A stretch of 64,000 nucleotides of DNA, from contig JBMNIW010000012.1 in the NCBI GenBank assembly GCA_050951325.1, positions 735,039 through 799,038 of the forward strand, in the 5' to 3' direction. Shown piece after piece: positions 1 through 9,982 of the stretch. A model generated the notes under the pieces. It was not told the origin of the DNA. It made no database searches and was given only the letters and a program-made list of their open reading frames with translations. The position numbers were made by a program, and so were the translations under genes. The stretch comes from Clostridia bacterium (lineage in GTDB: Bacteria; Bacillota; Clostridia; UBA1212; DUPL01). Numbering within the stretch: the stretch's first letter is position 1; each line of letters opens with the position of its first letter.

Positions 1-1
1 T

Positions 2-796
2 TCATACCCTTGGTACAACAATCTTGTAATCTACTATAATTCTCATGATGGTGAATTGTTCAGAGGAGAAACTGACGGTGAGATAACTAGAGAAGAATTA
101 TTGGATTTGCTGAGACGGGATGACATAATTCTTGTTCCTCACACCACCAGTTTTCTTGACTCAGGTACTGATTTTTACAGCATTCCTAATGAACTTATGA
201 CCCCTTTGATTGAAGTATATTCAAGATGGGGAGCGGATGAGTATTTTGACAACCCTTATCCTGTCAGAATTGGTACGAGAGGCGGGTTCTGGCAGGATGC
301 TTTGAGGAAGGGTGCCAGAATGGGCTGCATCTGTGGGTCTGACGACCATCATGGTACTCCTGGTTTGATTACAGAAAATGCTCATGCCAATTTAACATAC
401 AAATACCCTGGGTTGACAGGAGTGCTGGCTAAGGAGAACTCTGTTTCAGCCATTTTTGAAGCACTAAAGGCAAGACGCTGCTATGGTTTTATGGGTGGAA
501 GGATATATGTTGATTTCAGGATTAACGGCCACTATATGGGTGAAGAGTTTGATTCAATGGGTGAAAGACATATTTACTTTAAAGTGGATGCGGATGCGGA
601 AATTAAGAGAATAACGCTTGTTAAGAACCTTGAAGACTACATGTACTTCCTTGGATTCAGCAATACACACACCTATAAAAAACTTGTCTATGATTATGAC
701 AAAGTCAACGATACGGATATATATTATCTTCGTGTTGAACTTGTAGATGGAAGGTTTGCATGGACCAGTCCCATATGGATAAACAAAAATGAATAA
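2..796 (+). CDS. PHP-fold metallohydrolase (DUF3604/CehA-McbA-like), 5' end outside the window
   Basis: Frame is open from position 2. Motifs GSDDHHGTPG, GLTGVLAKENS..AIFEALKARRCYG and terminal AWTSPIWI are typical of DUF3604-type proteins. Confidence 0.7.
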   Translation, partial: SYPWYNNLVIYYNSHDGELFRGETDGEITREELLDLLRRDDIILVPHTTSFLDSGTDFYSIPNELMTPLIEVYSRWGADEYFDNPYPVRIGTRGGFWQDALRKGARMGCICGSDDHHGTPGLITENAHANLTYKYPGLTGVLAKENSVSAIFEALKARRCYGFMGGRIYVDFRINGHYMGEEFDSMGERHIYFKVDADAEIKRITLVKNLEDYMYFLGFSNTHTYKKLVYDYDKVNDTDIYYLRVELVDGRFAWTSPIWINKNE

Positions 797-862
797 GGTG
801 GTTTGAATGAATTAGAAGTCGAGGGACAAAAAAGAGGATGATTTCAGAATTACTGGGCGAGG

Positions 863-3055
863 GTGAGTGATTTGAATACATATTCATTACCTCCTGTTAA
901 AGCGGGCAGAAAACTTGAGTACAAGCACTTTCCAACACGCATGCAGCTTTTCATATATCGAAACTGGGGGATGGTGGATGCAGATGTGCTTGCAAAGGTA
1001 TTGTCGATCACCAAGGGAAAAGTGTTGGAACTGGCACATGACATGGGACTTGAAGAATGTGATGTTGGCAAGGATTGGCTTGGGAAAGGTTACATTACAA
1101 TTATTCGGGCCAACTGGCACCTCCTGCCATATGCTCAGCTTTGCATGCTGCTTGGCTGGAATGAGGAAAAACTTGCATACATATTGAAGGAAGATGACTT
1201 TTTGTCCCACAAGTTGGGCGCCTTCAAACCGGATGTTCCCGAGCTCGTGTACAAACCTTTGACAGAAGAACAAGTAGTCGAAACGAGGAAAATCAAAGAG
1301 ATTACCCTACAGGCAAAAAGCGTTCTTTGTGATATGGAAGTTATGCCGTTTGACTTCAGACCTTTCTTTAAAAAAATTGGTGAAAGTGTGGAATATGAAA
1401 ACAGGGAAAACAGATTTCATGAAAGGATAGTGTATTCATACTGTGCACTTTATGGTGACACATTGTCAAGTTTTGAAGCAATAGATGAGTCGTTTCCCGA
1501 TGAGCTTTTGGAAGCATACATGAAGATTGGAATAAATGGCATATGGATGCAGGCGGTAATGTATACATTGGTTCCATTTCATTTTGACATGAGTTTGTCG
1601 GCAGGGTATGAAAAGCGGCTTGAAGGTCTTAACTACCTCATAAACAAGCTGGAAAAGTATCATATCAAGCTGTATCTGTATCTGAACGAACCCCGCTCAA
1701 TGCCTGAAAAATTCTTTGAAAAGTATCCTGACCTGAAGGGAGAGGAGGAGCTTGGGTTTTATGCAATGTGTACCTCCACACCTGAGGTGAAAGAGTACAT
1801 CCGGAACGGATGCGCCTACATTGCAAGGAACGCACCCGGTCTTGGTGGATTTATTACCATAACTGCATCTGAGAACCTGACAAACTGTTATTCAAGAATC
1901 GCTCCTGACAGAATAAAATGTGAAAGGTGCAGGGAGAGGACTTTTGCAGAGGTTGTGGCAGAGGTAAACAGATTAGTATATGAAGGGGTATCGGGTGTTA
2001 ACAAGTATATGAAGGTAATTGCCTGGTCATGGGCATGGAAAGGGCAGACAGAAATCATTGTACAATTGCTTCCATCGGGTGTCACTGTCATGGGTGTCAG
2101 CGAGGAAGGCGTGACGAAGAATATAGGTGGTGTTGAAACAAGCGTAATTGATTATTCCATATCACTGGTGGGACCAGGGGAGCATGCCAGAAGGACATGG
2201 GAAATGGCGAAGAAAAAGAACATGCACACCATGGCAAAGATACAGGCAAACTGCACCTGGGAGTGTGCAGCAGTTCCTTTTATTCCTGCTTTTGAGCTTG
2301 TTTATGACCATCTGAGGGGGATCATTGAAACGAATCTTGTAGACGGCATCATGTTGGGTTGGACTTTGGGTGGTTATCCTTCAGCAACCCTAATGATGCT
2401 CAAATACATGTTTCAAGGAAAAGATGTTCCCTCCCTGGATGAGCTGTATGAGTTGGTTTTTCCATCGGATTGTGTGGAAAGGATAAGAAAAGCATCGGTT
2501 ATGTTCAGTAAGGCATTCCGTGAGTTTCCTTTTTCTATCAACACCGTGTATTTTGCACCACAAAACTACGGACCAGGCAACCTGTTGTTTGAAGGCAAAA
2601 CAGGCTTTGCAGCGACAATGCTTGGATATCCATATGACGATATTGACTCTTGGAGTAATATATTCCCACAGGAAGTGTATGTTAATCAATTAAGGAAACT
2701 TAGTGAAGCCTGGCGTTTGGGGATTCTCGAACTTGAGACCGTGAATACAGACAACCCCTTTGTTTCAGATTTGATGGATTGTGCAAAGGCTCTCTATTGT
2801 CATTTCAGGTCTTCATATCTGCAAGCCATGTTTGTTGTTTTGAGGGACAGTGGAGAAGATGTGAGTGAATTGCTGGAAGAAGAAAAGAGCTTGTGCATTG
2901 AATTAATCAATATCATGGCGAGAAACCCAATGATTGGATATGAATCTTCAAACCATTACTTCTACACGAGGCAGATGTTGCTTGAGAAGTATGTTTGTTG
3001 TGAATACTTGATTGATAAGATTAAAGGTAAAGGAAGGGGTAATGATGAAACTTAA
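863..3055 (+). CDS. Uncharacterised 730-aa cytoplasmic glycoside-hydrolase-like (TIM-barrel) protein
   Basis: Long ORF with GTG start and no signal peptide. Barrel-like segments GINGIWMQAV, YLYLNEPR, ITITASENLTNCYS, WSWAW. Family not assignable. Confidence 0.5.
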   Translation: MSDLNTYSLPPVKAGRKLEYKHFPTRMQLFIYRNWGMVDADVLAKVLSITKGKVLELAHDMGLEECDVGKDWLGKGYITIIRANWHLLPYAQLCMLLGWNEEKLAYILKEDDFLSHKLGAFKPDVPELVYKPLTEEQVVETRKIKEITLQAKSVLCDMEVMPFDFRPFFKKIGESVEYENRENRFHERIVYSYCALYGDTLSSFEAIDESFPDELLEAYMKIGINGIWMQAVMYTLVPFHFDMSLSAGYEKRLEGLNYLINKLEKYHIKLYLYLNEPRSMPEKFFEKYPDLKGEEELGFYAMCTSTPEVKEYIRNGCAYIARNAPGLGGFITITASENLTNCYSRIAPDRIKCERCRERTFAEVVAEVNRLVYEGVSGVNKYMKVIAWSWAWKGQTEIIVQLLPSGVTVMGVSEEGVTKNIGGVETSVIDYSISLVGPGEHARRTWEMAKKKNMHTMAKIQANCTWECAAVPFIPAFELVYDHLRGIIETNLVDGIMLGWTLGGYPSATLMMLKYMFQGKDVPSLDELYELVFPSDCVERIRKASVMFSKAFREFPFSINTVYFAPQNYGPGNLLFEGKTGFAATMLGYPYDDIDSWSNIFPQEVYVNQLRKLSEAWRLGILELETVNTDNPFVSDLMDCAKALYCHFRSSYLQAMFVVLRDSGEDVSELLEEEKSLCIELINIMARNPMIGYESSNHYFYTRQMLLEKYVCCEYLIDKIKGKGRGNDET

Positions 3056-4106
3056 TTTTACATACAACGTATCCCCAAGAAGACTTTTGCATGATAAGAC
3101 CGTATCCGGCAGTCTTGATAAAATGAGGAGAGCAGGTGTCAAGACGATATATTTGTTCGGATATTTCTACGGATCATTTGAGTCTGAACCTGAACACATT
3201 GCAAAAGCTAAAAAGGTGCTGGAAGACGAAGGATTTGCCACAGGCATAATTAATGTTCCACTTGGTCATGGAGGAAACGCACTTGATCCGACAGATCCGA
3301 ATGTCAATTTGGATATCGGGAATGGATGGAGAATGACGATGGATTCGATGGGCAGATACAGGTTGAACACGACCTGTATTGATGAGGTCATGATGGAGGA
3401 TTCTAAAAAAGCCAATCTGATTATGTATGAAATGGGCTTTAGGAGTTTTTTCAATGACGATGACTTGAGACTTGGTCAATGGGGGCCAGAGCTTCAAGGC
3501 TGTTTTTGCAATTATTGCATGGATGAGTTTTACTCCATCGTTGGAAGGAAAGTTACAAGAGAAGACATCGTATCAATGAAGGATTCCGAACTATGCGAGG
3601 CATGGATGAGTTACCAATGTGAAAAGATAGCTCGTTTTCTTTTGGTGACAACACCAAAAGGCGCAAGAAACGGCATAATGGTAATGCATAACGGAGACAG
3701 GCGTCATGGAATAGATATTCCTCTGCTAAGAAAACTCATGCCTGACAATCTGGTTTTTCGTGTAGGAGAAGCTCATTTTGACGATAATGCATTCGCTAAC
3801 AAGGAAGGTTACGAAAGTGTTGAAAGAAGCATAAGAAGACACATGGCCCTGGTTGGAGATCACAGTATATGTTATAGTGAGACGACTTGTTATCCAAAGA
3901 ATGCACTTTCGCCGGAAAACTGGATAGAGAAGATGAAGCTGGAGATAAATTGCGGTCTTCGTAATTTGTATCTTATGAGCGGGACATGGTTCTTTGAAGA
4001 CCCATATTGGGATGCTCTTGAAAGGGCTCTTCCGGAACTTGTATATCTTGCAGACACTACAGCGATACCTGAATACACTCTGCCAGAGTTTACATGGGTT
4101 TGGTAA
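3042..4106 (+). CDS. Putative glycoside hydrolase-like TIM barrel with C-x-C-x2-C cluster
   Basis: RBS AAGGAAGGGG before ATG 3042, overlapping the upstream stop. NDDDLRL..GCFCNYC resembles the Cys cluster following the acid residue in GH42-like barrels. Confidence 0.5.
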   Translation: MMKLNFTYNVSPRRLLHDKTVSGSLDKMRRAGVKTIYLFGYFYGSFESEPEHIAKAKKVLEDEGFATGIINVPLGHGGNALDPTDPNVNLDIGNGWRMTMDSMGRYRLNTTCIDEVMMEDSKKANLIMYEMGFRSFFNDDDLRLGQWGPELQGCFCNYCMDEFYSIVGRKVTREDIVSMKDSELCEAWMSYQCEKIARFLLVTTPKGARNGIMVMHNGDRRHGIDIPLLRKLMPDNLVFRVGEAHFDDNAFANKEGYESVERSIRRHMALVGDHSICYSETTCYPKNALSPENWIEKMKLEINCGLRNLYLMSGTWFFEDPYWDALERALPELVYLADTTAIPEYTLPEFTWVW

Positions 4107-4212
4107 ACAAATAATTTGTTTTGTATAAAAGTTTGTCCGATTTGTATAATAAATGCCGGTCAGTCTGTTGTATATTAAAAGTATCAATCGATGTAGAAAG
4201 GGTATGGTGATT

Positions 4213-5358
4213 ATGAAGAGGCTTATATTAAGTCTTTTGGTTTTATGTATGCTTCTATCATGTACAGGTCTCTTCGTTTATGCTGAAGAGAACGAGTTCG
4301 TGAGAAAAGATAATTTAGCTAGAATGGAAGGATGTACATACAGCTGGTCGGGCACTTGGCAACATAACGGAGTAGACTCAGAGGCAGGAGATCCGGGTCA
4401 TAAGTGCTTTGATGGCAATGTGGATTCGAAATGGGGAAGTGCTGATGTTGCCAATGGAGATCAGTGGGTGTTGGTAAGATTTCCGAATGCAGTGACCGTT
4501 GATGGCTTCAAACTTTGGCAGGACAATGGACCATGGACAAACATTACAGGTTACAAGATTCAAGTGCAGAAAGGTTCCGAAACCTGGGAAGATGTCTATG
4601 ACGTCACCTGAGTTTACTGACAAAGTGGAGAGAACACGAGCATGACTTTTGAAACCCCGATAACAATAACTGCATTCCGTGTTTACCTCCCTGCAGACAA
4701 GGCAGGCGGAAAGTCCGCAGTAGAGCTTACTGAAGTACAGGTCTACAAATATCACAGATTTACTTATGGTAATGGAAATGGAAACACACAGCTGAAATAC
4801 GATGGTGAAACCAAAACGGAATTGTCACTGGATGGTGCTGCTACAGATGCTTCATCAACAAATAATCCATCCTCCAATGCGATTGATGGCAGCAACAACA
4901 CCAAGTGGTCCTCCGTAGGCAACAGCGTACCACAGTGGATTCAGGTTATTCTGCCAGAGGTTAAAAACCTTTCCGGATTCAGATTGGTTGCTGATTTCAA
5001 CTGGACGGATATCCGTGCTTACCATGTTGAAGTTGCTACAAAAGATGGATGGGTAAAGGTCTACGAGCATTCTGGTGAAAGCATTGAGCACTTCCAGGAG
5101 ATTGACTTCGATACATTGTGGAATATAGATTCAATTCGTTTCACCATAACTGAAGTTGGTCCGGATGCACTTCAGGGACATGGAACAACTTCCATAGATA
5201 TTTTGGAAATCAAACTATTCACAGCAGATGCTATCGAACAAGAAACAGAGCCTGAAACAAACCCACAAACAAGCGACATGTCCATAATCTTCATCCTTGG
5301 AATGACTGCAGTTTTGGGCTTGAGCTTGTTTAAGAGAAGAATGACAGTGAACGCATAA
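4213..5358 (+). CDS. Cell-surface protein with two F5/8 type C (discoidin/CBM32-like) domains and NPQTSD sorting signal; interrupted at 4600-4650
   Basis: Signal peptide MKRLILSLL..VYA. Motifs FDGNVDSKW..DQWVLV and AIDGSNNTKW..PQWIQV. C-terminal NPQTSD, hydrophobic stretch, KRR. ORFs 4153-4611 and 4642-5358 are in the same frame and join after removing three single bases. Confidence 0.75.
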
Positions 5359-5375
5359 GTTCATATTGAACTTTG

Positions 5376-5403
5376 AAGAACCGAAGGGAAGCCTTCGGTT
5401 CTT
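5376..5403. terminator. Bidirectional rho-independent terminator
   Basis: 12-bp perfect stem AAGAACCGAAGG-GAAG-CCTTCGGTTCTT between convergent genes. Confidence 0.8.
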
Positions 5404-6497
5404 TAGTCATTTTTCTTGTTTACTTTAAATATGTATTGTGTCTTTTTACAGTTTTCCCTGTATTCGCCAGGTGTCATACCCATTGTATTTTTGAATGCCC
5501 TATAGAAACTTGCGGTATTTATATAACCAATTTTTTCGGATATTTTTTCAATTGATTCATCGGTGGATGATAAAAGTTTCAAAGCATTTTCGATCTTTAT
5601 TTTATACAGTATCTCTTTGAATGTCATATTCATGCAGGAGGATATTATTTTGCTCAGATAGGAAACTGAGTAGTTGAATTTACTGGCAACCTCCTCAAGA
5701 GTAACATGTACATAGTTGCTGCTTATGTAATGTACAATTTCAACTACCAGTCTGTTGGTAGGTGCAAGATCGTCAGGAAGTTCAATGTTCTTTCCATATT
5801 CTTTTCCTGTCATTAGAAATATGGTTTGCAGAAGTGAATTCTTGATGGCGCTATTTTTGCTTAACTCATTCAAACCTTCAGAAATCAATATATATATCAG
5901 ATCCCTTATGCAATTACTACTTATGTCTATTGTCAAATATTCATACTGATCTTTTAAAAATACCGAGTTGAAAAAGAAATTGGTAAAGGCATTATCGTAA
6001 GGAAAAAGTGTGAAGAAGTTGTTTTTTATATAGCTCTTTTTTACAATAATATTCACTACCACCCCGGTGGTAAAAAGAGAGTGTTCCACATTCGGAGGGA
6101 CCACCATTAATTCATTTTCAAAGATTATGTGCTCCTTGCCTGCCACGGTGTTTACCGCTTTGCCTTCATATACGAAAAGCATTTCATAAAAGGTGTGTCT
6201 GTGTTTGAAAGGTATGTCATATCTGCCGTGTCTGTTTATGTATATATCATCTTCAAAGAAATCATAAATGATTGTGGGTCTTGGCATGTCGTCCGTAATA
6301 CCCGGGAGCGAAAGAAGAAGATCATAGCACCTCTTTTTGTCAAAGGTTCTCATGTAGTCCGGGTCATTCTTTCGCTCCAGGTACTCTTTGCATATATGTT
6401 CCTGTTCGGTCCAGGGCAGTATGATTTTATCCAAATCATTTTTTAGCATGTCTATCACATTCTTTTTTAAATATGATACAACAGTGTAATCCAACAT
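5403..6497 (-). CDS. AraC-family transcriptional regulator with cupin sensor
   Basis: HRHTFYEM..VVPPNVEH cupin motif. C-terminal double HTH: TLEEVA..YLSK and ISEKIGY..FYRAFKNTMGMTPGEYR. Confidence 0.92.
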   Translation of the reverse strand: MLDYTVVSYLKKNVIDMLKNDLDKIILPWTEQEHICKEYLERKNDPDYMRTFDKKRCYDLLLSLPGITDDMPRPTIIYDFFEDDIYINRHGRYDIPFKHRHTFYEMLFVYEGKAVNTVAGKEHIIFENELMVVPPNVEHSLFTTGVVVNIIVKKSYIKNNFFTLFPYDNAFTNFFFNSVFLKDQYEYLTIDISSNCIRDLIYILISEGLNELSKNSAIKNSLLQTIFLMTGKEYGKNIELPDDLAPTNRLVVEIVHYISSNYVHVTLEEVASKFNYSVSYLSKIISSCMNMTFKEILYKIKIENALKLLSSTDESIEKISEKIGYINTASFYRAFKNTMGMTPGEYRENCKKTQYIFKVNKKND

Positions 6498-6506
6498 GCA
6501 AGTTAC

Positions 6507-8477
6507 TCATCTGTTGCACCATACAGGTGTATTGTTTCTGTCGTAGGTAATTTCCTGCAGGTTGTGATTATCCACGTTGATCCAGGTAAAGTAGTTGCTA
6601 TTGTTTTTGCCAAGATGGGCAAAATCAACAAGTGTCACTTCCTTTCCGATGGTGGAAAGCGTTTTAATATATACAAAACCTTTGTCTGTATTTATTTTTG
6701 CGTTCTTTAGATTTCCGTAATCGAGTTTTATGGTATTTCTTATATCATCGTTTTCTTCCACGCCAAGAAGCAATGGACCATAATATATTGATGATCTGTT
6801 CCTCATTGTCGAGTTTTTCTCTGCAACCCAAAAATGTAGTGACATGTCAAGTTCAATCTCTATACTGTCACCTTTTTCCCACTTTCTTGTTATAGCATGG
6901 TAGGTGCCTGCATTTACATTCTCCAAAGGTTTGCCATTAAGCTTTATTTTCGATTTTTCAGACCAAACCGGGATTCTTAAGTGGAGAGAGAATTCCTCTT
7001 CTTGTTCAGGCTCAACAATGATTTTTATATAGCCATCCTTTGGATAAACGGTCTGTTGATTTAATTTAATTCTGTTGCCGTAATTTGTAAAGGTTTCAAG
7101 CTTGCTCTCTCCGTAATAGTTGAGATAAAGTCCTGTTGCATCTGTCAGGATCGCCCATTCGGTTATTGATGCCAATCCTTTTGTACCGCTTGCCTGGCAG
7201 CAGGACATGTCTCTGGCACCAGCATACGAGTGGCCTTCAAGGGTTATTGTGGCAAGGTCGCGTTGTCCATTGGAGTAATTGGCATAGGAAAAGACCCTGT
7301 TGTCTTTATAAAGGCTTCCCAATATGGCATTGAAAAAGGACATTTCAAGTTCATCTGCCACATATGAGTTTTTTGATACTTTAAGGTACTCTGTGGAGAA
7401 TACAGCCCATGCAACAGTATTGCATGTTTCACTCATGTCACCATATGGGTTTGCATTGGCGCCTTCACCGGTACCAAAACTGCCTATATTATGTCTGTCA
7501 TAACCAGCCATACCCCACCAAAGAGAATCCAGTGCCTTGAGATAAGTCTCGTCACCCGTTGCCTTGTATAGAGGACCGAGGGTGCTGAGAGTATAAAGGC
7601 TTTCCCATCTTGTCTGGTTGGACCTGCCAAAGACAACCCCTTCCAAAGCGGAATTCAGCCAATCCGCACTTAGTATTCTTTTTGTATAGAAATCCAGGTA
7701 TTCGTTTTTCCACTCGGTGTTTACCATGTATTCCGCTGCCTTAAGATATTTGTTCTTGCCTGTCACGTCATACATGAGAGCAAACATATGACTGATTGCA
7801 AAATTGCATTCTCCCCATTTCTGGGATGCAAAGGACTGCTTGTTGGTTATGAAGTGGTCTATTATGCAGTCCAATGCTTTTTCAGCAATTTCAAGAGCAT
7901 CTTCATTACCGGTAACCTGATACCACCTGTAGAGGCCATGGATGCAGTGGTAATGTCCCCAGGTGTCCCATTTGCCCCAGGGTCCTTCAGTTGCGCTTCG
8001 CGAGTCATTGTTGAATTTTGCTTCTTCAGGCCAGGGACCAAGATATCCATCCTCTCTCTGAGCCTGCTTGAAGTATTCAACAAACCTGTTTCCAACTTCA
8101 TATATTCTTCTGTCTTTGGAGGTTAGATACATTTGTGCAATGCCTGAAAGTATTTTTCCAGGGAACTCTCCATGCCACATTGCCTTTCTAATATCAGGAT
8201 TGGATGGATTCAGGAAACCATCAAACAGACCCGGGTTGTCTTCCAGAACCCTAGTTACCCATGCTTCGGTATGAGCTTCGAATATCTCACCCACCTGTCC
8301 TGAAATATTCATGTTAACCAGATAGTTTGCAAGGCTTCCCTCCCTGCTTTTATCGATTGCTGTTGTCTTTAAATATTGAGGCATTTTCTCAAGCTCCTTA
8401 TCGTTATTCTTAACACAGCCCGTGTTGACACAGAAGGCTATCAATATTGGGAATACCCAAAGCTTATACTTTTTCAT
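6507..8477 (-). CDS. Lipoprotein beta-L-arabinofuranosidase-like cysteine glycosidase (GH127/GH146)
   Basis: Lipobox-like NTGC. HGEFPGK, DGYLGP, SETCNT and SCCQ (Glu/Cys3-Zn signature). C-terminal beta-sandwich TVYP..LRIPVWS..YGPLLL. Confidence 0.85.
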   Translation of the reverse strand: MKKYKLWVFPILIAFCVNTGCVKNNDKELEKMPQYLKTTAIDKSREGSLANYLVNMNISGQVGEIFEAHTEAWVTRVLEDNPGLFDGFLNPSNPDIRKAMWHGEFPGKILSGIAQMYLTSKDRRIYEVGNRFVEYFKQAQREDGYLGPWPEEAKFNNDSRSATEGPWGKWDTWGHYHCIHGLYRWYQVTGNEDALEIAEKALDCIIDHFITNKQSFASQKWGECNFAISHMFALMYDVTGKNKYLKAAEYMVNTEWKNEYLDFYTKRILSADWLNSALEGVVFGRSNQTRWESLYTLSTLGPLYKATGDETYLKALDSLWWGMAGYDRHNIGSFGTGEGANANPYGDMSETCNTVAWAVFSTEYLKVSKNSYVADELEMSFFNAILGSLYKDNRVFSYANYSNGQRDLATITLEGHSYAGARDMSCCQASGTKGLASITEWAILTDATGLYLNYYGESKLETFTNYGNRIKLNQQTVYPKDGYIKIIVEPEQEEEFSLHLRIPVWSEKSKIKLNGKPLENVNAGTYHAITRKWEKGDSIEIELDMSLHFWVAEKNSTMRNRSSIYYGPLLLGVEENDDIRNTIKLDYGNLKNAKINTDKGFVYIKTLSTIGKEVTLVDFAHLGKNNSNYFTWINVDNHNLQEITYDRNNTPVWCNR

Positions 8478-9774
8478 GTTGTCTCCTCTTTGCAAAGATT
8501 ATTATGGCAAGCAAAACCAGAATGGCAATTGCCGCAAGTATTACATATGCAAATATACCGCTGTTCTTGTCACTTGTTTCCGGATTTTCCGTATAGGATG
8601 CAGTTTCCGTAGGTTGTGGAGTTTTCGTGGTGACAGGAGTAGGTGTTTCTTCTTTTGGAGTCGGGTTTTTCTGGACTATGAAGCAGTCAAAAAACGAATC
8701 ATTGTCATAGTATGCCTTGCCATCCGGCTTTACATTGTCTTCTCCTGTTGTGTAGGCGGTTTCCAAAGAAATCGTCACTGTATGATTCCCCGGTTTCAAA
8801 TCATCTTTAATAAGGAATATTTTGCTTTGATATACGGTATCTGACACTTTTATTTTGTCGGTGTGAGGTGTGAATTCCCCTATAATCTCACCGTCCACGT
8901 CAACAACAACCTTGGCTGCATAATAGCATTCTCCAAAGACAACTGCAAGATATGTGCCCTCGAAATCACATGTAAGCGTGGCACTAACCTGTCCCAGATT
9001 GAATCTGTATTCGCGGTTGTTTGCCAAATGATTTGCATAAGGCAAATCAAATGGCCAGGTGTATATTATGTCTTCGTTGTTACTGTATATTGCCTTGTAG
9101 CCAAGTTTGCCCAAAACTTCATCAGTGTATCCTTTAATGGATGCTCCCAAAACAATTTCTTCTGGTTCCTCTTCTTTTACTTCCGTTTCCGTGTCTCTTA
9201 CGATAATAAAATCAAAGTATGCATCATTGTCATAATATGCGTTGCCGTCTTCTTTAACATTTTCCTCCCCGGATACATAAGCTTTCTCGTGCTTTATGAG
9301 CAAGGTATGGTTTGTGTTTTCAAGACTGTCGTTTACATAAATTATCTTGCTTTCTCCCGGAATAACAGCAAGGTTTTTATCATTTGCAAACGGTGTATGC
9401 TCTGCAACCAATACATCATCTATGTAGATTAATATCTTGGCGGCATGATATGTTTCACAAAATGCCACTGCTATGTAATTGCCAGCAAAATCATAAGATA
9501 TTGTACTGCCTACCTGTCCTGCATTGTGAAGGACGTTGCCGCCATATGCCTTGTCGTTTTCAACCTTCCAGTTCAGGTTGTATGCCCAAGTATATGAAAT
9601 ATCACGGCTTTCATTGTCAACAATTTTGCACCCTTTTGATTTAATAAGATTTTCATCAATTTCCGTTGCTTTTGTGCCCGTCGTGACAGGTGGATTGTCC
9701 TGTGCACTCGTATTAAAAGGGACAAGTGATACGAAAATGATTGTTGCCAGTATCAAGTTCATTATTCTTCTCAT
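8464..9774 (-). CDS. Surface protein with two tandem ~150-aa beta-sandwich repeats, PT linker, NPETSD and TM tail
   Basis: RBS GGAGG, signal peptide. Repeat motif N.GQV..T...DF.G.Y.AV.F.E.Y.AAK and GE.NVK.DG.AYYDND..FD..IV occurs twice. Confidence 0.75.
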   Translation of the reverse strand: MRRIMNLILATIIFVSLVPFNTSAQDNPPVTTGTKATEIDENLIKSKGCKIVDNESRDISYTWAYNLNWKVENDKAYGGNVLHNAGQVGSTISYDFAGNYIAVAFCETYHAAKILIYIDDVLVAEHTPFANDKNLAVIPGESKIIYVNDSLENTNHTLLIKHEKAYVSGEENVKEDGNAYYDNDAYFDFIIVRDTETEVKEEEPEEIVLGASIKGYTDEVLGKLGYKAIYSNNEDIIYTWPFDLPYANHLANNREYRFNLGQVSATLTCDFEGTYLAVVFGECYYAAKVVVDVDGEIIGEFTPHTDKIKVSDTVYQSKIFLIKDDLKPGNHTVTISLETAYTTGEDNVKPDGKAYYDNDSFFDCFIVQKNPTPKEETPTPVTTKTPQPTETASYTENPETSDKNSGIFAYVILAAIAILVLLAIIIFAKRRQHEKV

Positions 9775-9982
9775 AACTGATTCCTCCATATTTTTTATGC
9801 TTACCTAAATTTTAATAAATTTAATAATGAGTGATAATAGCATGACTTGGCTCAAACACTTGCATTTGTTAAGAATAGATAAAAAATCTGAATTGTATAT
9901 GGATTTGTACATAATGAACTGGAATAATACTTTTAAATTTATAGAATTATACTATCTGTTAGTCAGAATGGAGAGTGATATT

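Noticed and set aside
4609-4620. TGA read-through (selenocysteine or alternative genetic code) in the discoidin gene
   Set aside because: TGA ends many normal genes here (for example 14933, 41189, 57487), and removing three single bases gives a better domain alignment.
5373-5555. Short ORF resembling 'hypothetical protein'
   Set aside because: It overlaps the terminator and lies antisense to the AraC HTH region.
9827-9982. Long N-terminal extensions in the ORF track (also 21050-21172, 60034-60126, 4153-4212)
   Set aside because: They fall in AT-rich promoter regions. Downstream starts have an RBS and, for the exported proteins, give proper signal peptides.
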